Part shown: positions 5,890-10,481 of the stretch, one piece after another
How positions within the stretch are numbered: the first letter of the stretch is position 1
Layout: each line of letters opens with the position of its first letter
Virus record (IMG/VR): IMGVR_UViG_2690316224_000018
DNA from: a virus
Lineage: Duplodnaviria > Heunggongvirae > Uroviricota > Caudoviricetes
Length of the DNA: 10,481 nt
Reading direction: 5' to 3' (one strand)
Program-made: the position numbers and the translations under genes
The notes under the pieces: model-generated
The model's database searches: none
What the model saw: only the letters and a program-made list of their open reading frames with translations
What the model was told of the DNA's origin: nothing

Positions 5890-8800
5890 TCAGCTGATAC
5901 TGATGCCTGCGGTGGCTTTCTTCATCACCACAACCAGCAAATCGCTGATACTTGCTGTGGGATACCAGTCATTTACCAGCCATGATGACACCGAAAACTC
6001 CAGCGTCATGTGGCCGCGACCAGCTGGCATATCAATAACACCACTGTAAATCAGCGTATTATCCAGCGCGGTACGGTTATAAATTTCAGCACCGTTTTTC
6101 CGTACTATCAGGCGGCATGACGAATAAATATCGTTATTCTCCCGCTCATGTTTAGCGCCGCTGAATGCCACCGCCGGAATAACAATCTGCCGGTCAAACG
6201 GCTGATCGTCATAAACCCTGACGGTGATGGTCCCTGATGGCCACCGTTCCGGTGCACGGGAGTCCCGGGGGAAAGCTTTGCCCACTGTTTTAACGAGATC
6301 GCCTTCAATCTGGTTGGCGGACAATTTTCCCAGAACCCGACAGTTCTCGTTAATCGTGACGTTGTTGAGCGCCCCGGAGTTCGCATTCACGTTACCGCTG
6401 ATATCGGCATTTTTCGCCGTCAGCCGCCCGTCCGGTGTCAGGGAAAATGCCGGAGGATTACCGCCACTGGTAATGGTCGGAGCCGTCAGGCGTTTCAGGA
6501 ACACGTCGTTCATGAATATCTGATCGCCCTGACCAACAAACATCGGCTTTGTGTTGCCATTCGCAGGATTAATCATCGCAATCCGGTCAGCAGCCAGAAG
6601 CACCTGACTCTGCATACCTGCTGGCGTATTCTCAATACCGGCTCCGATACCCGCAATATAAAGGCGTCCGTCCTTCATCTGCTGCAGTTTCACGGCCCAC
6701 ATGCTGTTCAGGTTATTATTTGTATCAACCTGAACTTTCTGTATCTGCTGGATTGCCGCACTCTGGTCTTCCAGTTTTTTATTGACGGTCTGCGTGATTT
6801 CATTGCTGACATTCGTAATGGACGTCCTGATTTCAGCCAGGTCCGGCGCAAGCTGACCGTTATCAATCTGCGTCCACAGCTCCTGGGCCAGATGTGTTTT
6901 CCCGATTTCTCCTTTGAAAAAATCCAGGTAACCTTCCGCATCATCGCTCGCCCGACCGACAGCCTCCACAAATGCCGATTTGCCAACGGTGTTCACACTG
7001 CGGATATAAAAGTAATAATCATGGCCCGGTTTGATATTGATACTGGCGGCTATCCAGTACAGCCCCGTGCCAAGGTAGCGGGCTGTGGTTTCAACCTGCC
7101 TGATATCGGTAATCCGCGTTTCCGAAAACCAGAACTCAAACTGTACCGTCGGGTCATACACCGCAAGACGCGGGACCGCTGTTATCTGAAAATAGCCCGG
7201 TGTCAGCTCAATCTGTGACGGCGCTGCCGGTGCGGCAATCCGGAACGATACCGACGCCGGATCGCCCTGCTGTCCCCGGGCATTTACCGCCCGGACTGTC
7301 AGCGTGTAACGCCCCAGCGCCAGTTGTGTGAAGCGGTATGTGGTTTCTGCCGTCCGGGCTGTGCTGACCAGCCGCTCACTGCCGTCATCCGCTGCCACGG
7401 TCAGGCGAAGCATGAAACTCACGCCCTTCACCACCTTCGGCGTGTCCCATCGCGCCAGCACCTGATATTCCCCGCTGTCTGCGGTGACTTCGGCAGTCAG
7501 GTGCTGCACTGCTGGCGGCGTGACACCATTCACCGTGCCGCTCTGGTCGCCGTCAAAGTGCGCCCCGTTATCCACGATGGCTTCTTTTTCCGGTACATGC
7601 TGCACGGCGGTGATGGCATACGTGCCGTCGTCGTTCTCACGGATACTCACGCAGCGGAACAGGCGCTGGCGCAGCGTCGGCAGCTTCAGCCCCCACACGC
7701 TGTATCCGGCAACGCCGTCAGGAACACGGCTCACTTTTACCTTCACGCCGTCGGTGACGGACTGGACCTCCACGCTGACCGGATTGCCACTTCCGTCAAC
7801 CAGGCTTATCAGCGTGGTACCGGAGGATGGCAGCGTGATTTCACGGTCGAGCGTCAGCGTCCGGGTCTGGCTGTTTACCGCCAGCACGCGCCCGCCGATG
7901 CTGATACCGGCATAGTCATCATCACAGATTTCAATGACATCGCCCGGCACATGGCGAAGCCCTTCTGCGCCCACGCTGAAGTCCACGGTCTGCGTTTCCA
8001 GCAGTTCTGTTTTAATCAGCCACAGCCCGGCGCGGTGTGCCTGCCCCCGGCTGGTACAGCCAAAAGCATCCATCTTCGTGACGTTACGACCGTAACGGGC
8101 AATGGCCTGCGTATCCTCCACAAGCTCTGTCGCCGTCTCCCAGCCGTTGTTCGGGTCAGTCCAGTTCACCTCAACGGCATTATGGCGGTCTTTCAGGGCG
8201 CTAAAGCTGTAGCGGAACGGCGCGCCATCATCCGGCATCACCACATTACTGCGGTTATAGGTCCACACCTTATCCGACGGTCGGTCCTGCACGAACGTCA
8301 GCGTCTGCCCGTTCCATACCGGCATACAGCGCATCGCCGAGCAGAAATCACTGAGCACATCCCATGCCTTGCGCTGTGTGGTCAGCCAGGCATTACAGGT
8401 GATGCGCGGCTCCGTGCCACCAAAGCCATCCGGCACCGACTGGTCGCAACTCTGGCCGATGACATACAGCGCCCATTTGTCCACATCCGCCGCACCAAGA
8501 CGTTTCCCCATGCCATAGCGCGGGTGGGTCAGCATATCCCACAGACACCAGGCCATGTTGTTGCTGTATGCTGGCTTAAACGTTCCGTCCCAGATACCGC
8601 TGTATTGCCGCGTCTGCGGGTTATAGTTCGACGGCACCTGCAGAATGCGCCCGCGAAGATGATAATTACGGCTCACCTGCTGGCTGCCGAACTGTTCCGA
8701 GTCCACCTGCACACCGACCAGTGCCGTGTTCGGGTAGCACTGTTTCACATCGATGATTTCGGTGTATGACGACCAGAGCGTTTTGTTCTGCAGCTGGTCT

Positions 8801-9369
8801 GTGGTGCTGTCCGGCGTCATCCTGCGCATCCGGATATTAAACGGGCGCGGCGGCAGGTTATCCACCACCACCGAGGCCAGATACTGCGAGGTGGTTTTGC
8901 CCTTAATGGTGATGTCTTTTTCCGTCACCCAGCCACCGTTACGCTGTATCTGAACCAGCAGGCGGACTTCCGATGGATTCCTGTCCCCCTTTGAGGTGGT
9001 TTCCACCAGTGCCTGCACACCGAAGGTAAAGCGCAGACGGTCGATGTTTGCCGACGTGATGGTGCGGGTGATCGGCGTGTCATATTTCACTTCCGTACCC
9101 AGCACCGTCTCGGAGCCGGAGGATTCAAATCCCTCCGGCGGTGTCTGCTCCTGCTCACCTGCCCGGAACACCACCGTGACGCCGGAGATGTTGGTATTCC
9201 CCTCAGTGTCCAGCACTGGCGTACTGTTCAGCAGCACGCTTTTTAATCCATCCACCGGACCTTCAATCGGCCCTTCGCTGATGGCATCGATCACACTCAG
9301 CAACTGCGTGGACTTCAGGTTGTCCTTCGCTTCGCGCGGAGTATGCCCCTTACTGCTGCCTTTACCCAT
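5890..9369 (-). CDS. J: Tail tip host-specificity protein J (central tail fiber), ~1159 aa
   Basis: From the ATG at 9369 the product starts [63 protein letters not shown]..., matching the lambda J N-terminus as recalled. The track's longer ORF (to 9414) begins at an upstream in-frame GTG and adds 15 residues not expected. SD AGGA lies directly upstream of the ATG. Fibronectin-like middle region is conserved; C-terminal region is divergent. Confidence 0.9.
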   Translation of the reverse strand: MGKGSSKGHTPREAKDNLKSTQLLSVIDAISEGPIEGPVDGLKSVLLNSTPVLDTEGNTNISGVTVVFRAGEQEQTPPEGFESSGSETVLGTEVKYDTPITRTITSANIDRLRFTFGVQALVETTSKGDRNPSEVRLLVQIQRNGGWVTEKDITIKGKTTSQYLASVVVDNLPPRPFNIRMRRMTPDSTTDQLQNKTLWSSYTEIIDVKQCYPNTALVGVQVDSEQFGSQQVSRNYHLRGRILQVPSNYNPQTRQYSGIWDGTFKPAYSNNMAWCLWDMLTHPRYGMGKRLGAADVDKWALYVIGQSCDQSVPDGFGGTEPRITCNAWLTTQRKAWDVLSDFCSAMRCMPVWNGQTLTFVQDRPSDKVWTYNRSNVVMPDDGAPFRYSFSALKDRHNAVEVNWTDPNNGWETATELVEDTQAIARYGRNVTKMDAFGCTSRGQAHRAGLWLIKTELLETQTVDFSVGAEGLRHVPGDVIEICDDDYAGISIGGRVLAVNSQTRTLTLDREITLPSSGTTLISLVDGSGNPVSVEVQSVTDGVKVKVSRVPDGVAGYSVWGLKLPTLRQRLFRCVSIRENDDGTYAITAVQHVPEKEAIVDNGAHFDGDQSGTVNGVTPPAVQHLTAEVTADSGEYQVLARWDTPKVVKGVSFMLRLTVAADDGSERLVSTARTAETTYRFTQLALGRYTLTVRAVNARGQQGDPASVSFRIAAPAAPSQIELTPGYFQITAVPRLAVYDPTVQFEFWFSETRITDIRQVETTARYLGTGLYWIAASINIKPGHDYYFYIRSVNTVGKSAFVEAVGRASDDAEGYLDFFKGEIGKTHLAQELWTQIDNGQLAPDLAEIRTSITNVSNEITQTVNKKLEDQSAAIQQIQKVQVDTNNNLNSMWAVKLQQMKDGRLYIAGIGAGIENTPAGMQSQVLLAADRIAMINPANGNTKPMFVGQGDQIFMNDVFLKRLTAPTITSGGNPPAFSLTPDGRLTAKNADISGNVNANSGALNNVTINENCRVLGKLSANQIEGDLVKTVGKAFPRDSRAPERWPSGTITVRVYDDQPFDRQIVIPAVAFSGAKHERENNDIYSSCRLIVRKNGAEIYNRTALDNTLIYSGVIDMPAGRGHMTLEFSVSSWLVNDWYPTASISDLLVVVMKKATAGISIS

Positions 9370-9392
9370 TCCTAACGCTCCATAAACGACAA

Positions 9393-9410
9393 AACCGCCC
9401 GGAGGCGGTT
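9393..9410 (-). other. Inverted repeat (possible weak terminator or RNA stability/attenuation hairpin) in the I-J intergenic spacer
   Basis: AACCGCC(9393-9399) / CGGA loop / GGCGGTT(9404-9410); on the minus strand it is followed by TTTTGTCGTTTAT and then the J ribosome-binding site. Confidence 0.25.
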
Positions 9411-9429
9411 TCACATAAAACGTTTTTCA

Positions 9430-10101
9430 TCAGCGACCAATCACTACAACCTGACCACCATCCCCTTCGTCTGCCGTGCTGATCTCCTGAGAGACCACCC
9501 GCGACCCCACGCGCATTTCACCGTACAGAACGGGCAGAACATTGCCCTGGGCAACCATGTTATCCAGTGAGGAGAAATAGGTGTTCTGCTTACCGTTATC
9601 CGTTGTCTGTGTACGGGGAGTTCTGGCTTTCGGTGCCAGCATCTGCGCCACACCACCGAGCACCATACTGGCACCGAGAGAAAACAGGATGCCGGTCATA
9701 CCACCGGCCCCAATGGCTGCCCCCCATGCTGCAAGGGTGGCTCCGGCGGTAAAGAATGATCCGGCAATGGCGGCAGCCCCCAGGACAATCTGGAATACGC
9801 CACCTGACTTGGCCCCGGCGACTCTGGGAACAATATGAATCACAGCGCCATCAGGCAGAGTCTCATGTAACTGCGCCGTTAACCCGGACGTGCTGACGTC
9901 CCGCCCGGCAATCCGTACCTGATACCAGCCGTCGCTCAGTTTCTGACGAAACGCCGGGAGCTGTGTGGCCAGTGCCCGGATGGCTTCAGCCCCCGTTTTC
10001 ACACGAAGGTCGATGCGGCGACCAAATCGTTGTAAATCCCCGTAAAGGCAGATGCGCGCCATGCCCGGTGACGCCAGAGGGAGTGTGTGCGTCGCTGCCA
10101 T
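9430..10101 (-). CDS. I: Tail tip assembly protein I (223 aa)
   Basis: MAATHTLPLASPGMARICLYGDLQRFGRRIDLRVKTGAEAIRALATQLPAFRQKLSDGWYQVRIAGRDV...VVSQEISTADEGDGGQVVVIGR is essentially lambda gpI as recalled (ubiquitin-like N-domain, Gly/Ala-rich hydrophobic stretch). Its start overlaps the 3' end of K by ~100 nt, as in lambda. Confidence 0.9.
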   Translation of the reverse strand: MAATHTLPLASPGMARICLYGDLQRFGRRIDLRVKTGAEAIRALATQLPAFRQKLSDGWYQVRIAGRDVSTSGLTAQLHETLPDGAVIHIVPRVAGAKSGGVFQIVLGAAAIAGSFFTAGATLAAWGAAIGAGGMTGILFSLGASMVLGGVAQMLAPKARTPRTQTTDNGKQNTYFSSLDNMVAQGNVLPVLYGEMRVGSRVVSQEISTADEGDGGQVVVIGR

Positions 10102-10481
10102 TTGTCGGTGTACCTCTCTCGTTTGCTCAGTTGTTCAGGAATATGGTGCAGCAGCTCGCCGTCGCCGCAGTAAATTGCGGCGTGATTCGGCACCGATGAA
10201 CCAAAACAGCACAGCAGCACATCGCCCGGCTGTGCCGCTGACAACGGCACCTGATACAGCCCCGTCGCCTCCAGATTATCCAGATAGAGATTCTGGCCGT
10301 TACGCCACCAGTCATCCTCACGATGAAAGTCCGGCATCTCAATCCCCGCCAGATGATAAGCATCCCGGAACAGTGTGTAACAGTCCGTCACACCGTGCTC
10401 AAAGCGCCGCCCGGTGAGATGCGGCACACAGCGGAACTTATGAATCGTCCCCCGGCAGACCAGCCACCACGGCAAATCACT
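9999..10481 (-). CDS. K: Tail tip assembly protein K (NlpC/P60-type C-terminal domain), 5' end truncated by the window edge
   Basis: The reading frame is open to the window end; the listed ORF begins at an internal Met (10475). Conserved TDCYTLFRDAYHLAGIEMPDF (Cys) and NHAAIYCGDGELLHHIPEQLSKRERYTDKWQRRTHSLWRHRAW (His) segments match lambda gpK; lambda K is ~199 aa, so the true start lies beyond 10481. Confidence 0.85.
   Translation of the reverse strand, partial: SDLPWWLVCRGTIHKFRCVPHLTGRRFEHGVTDCYTLFRDAYHLAGIEMPDFHREDDWWRNGQNLYLDNLEATGLYQVPLSAAQPGDVLLCCFGSSVPNHAAIYCGDGELLHHIPEQLSKRERYTDKWQRRTHSLWRHRAWRASAFTGIYNDLVAASTFV

Larger units (their letters stand above)
647..10481. mobile_element. 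Lambdoid prophage, tail-tip/tail-fiber end (K-I-J-lom-stf-tfa plus AT-rich terminal cargo region), continuing beyond the window's right edge
   Basis: Lambda-like gene order and overlaps on the minus strand; truncated tRNA fragment at 585-646 marks the likely prophage boundary; 647-1505 is visibly far more AT-rich than the tail genes. Confidence 0.8.

Noticed and set aside
5008-5897. Plus-strand ORFs 5008-5235, 5364-5621, 5712-5897 across the stf start, lom and the J stop
   Set aside because: Antisense to lom or stf and running through two terminator hairpins; lom on the minus strand is strongly supported.
7324-8769. 481-aa plus-strand ORF (and other plus-strand ORFs at 6224-6523, 6892-7218, 7484-7915, 8753-8953, 8996-9385) inside J
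   Set aside because: They lie antisense to a well-supported, lambda-J-like minus-strand gene and have Arg/His/Cys-rich or low-complexity compositions; typical antisense artefacts of GC-rich coding DNA.
9370-9414. Upstream extension of J (track ORF starting at 9414, [15 protein letters not shown]...)
   Set aside because: That start is a GTG in the I-J spacer overlapping the intergenic hairpin; the ATG at 9369 has an adjacent AGGA and gives the lambda-like N-terminus MGKGSSKG.
9444-10417. ORFs 9444-9674 (-), 9567-9752 (+), 9581-9838 (+), 9963-10199 (+), 10052-10417 (+), 10127-10363 (-) overlapping I and K
   Set aside because: Alternative-frame or antisense ORFs inside two well-conserved tail assembly genes; no support.

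Overview
This window is the tail-tip and tail-fiber end of a lambda-like (lambdoid) prophage, with every substantial gene on the minus strand. In transcription order (high to low coordinates) it carries K (5' end truncated by the window edge), I, J, lom, stf and tfa, followed by an AT-rich ~860-bp stretch with no long ORF and then a ~62-nt fragment that looks like the 3' end of a tRNA-Ser gene (585-646), which I read as the prophage attachment-site core. Positions 1-584 are flanking DNA with no convincing gene. Gene calls rest on recognising the translated ORFs as close relatives of lambda K/I/J/Lom/Stf/Tfa from memory; no database search was run. I see no defence system, CRISPR array, retroelement or toxin/enzyme-like cargo gene. 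The points worth follow-up are the tRNA junction, the AT-rich cargo slot (two short plus-strand ORFs and a strong plus-strand terminator), a mosaic Stf fiber with a non-canonical central domain and an internal duplication, and a J protein whose C-terminal region departs from lambda J.
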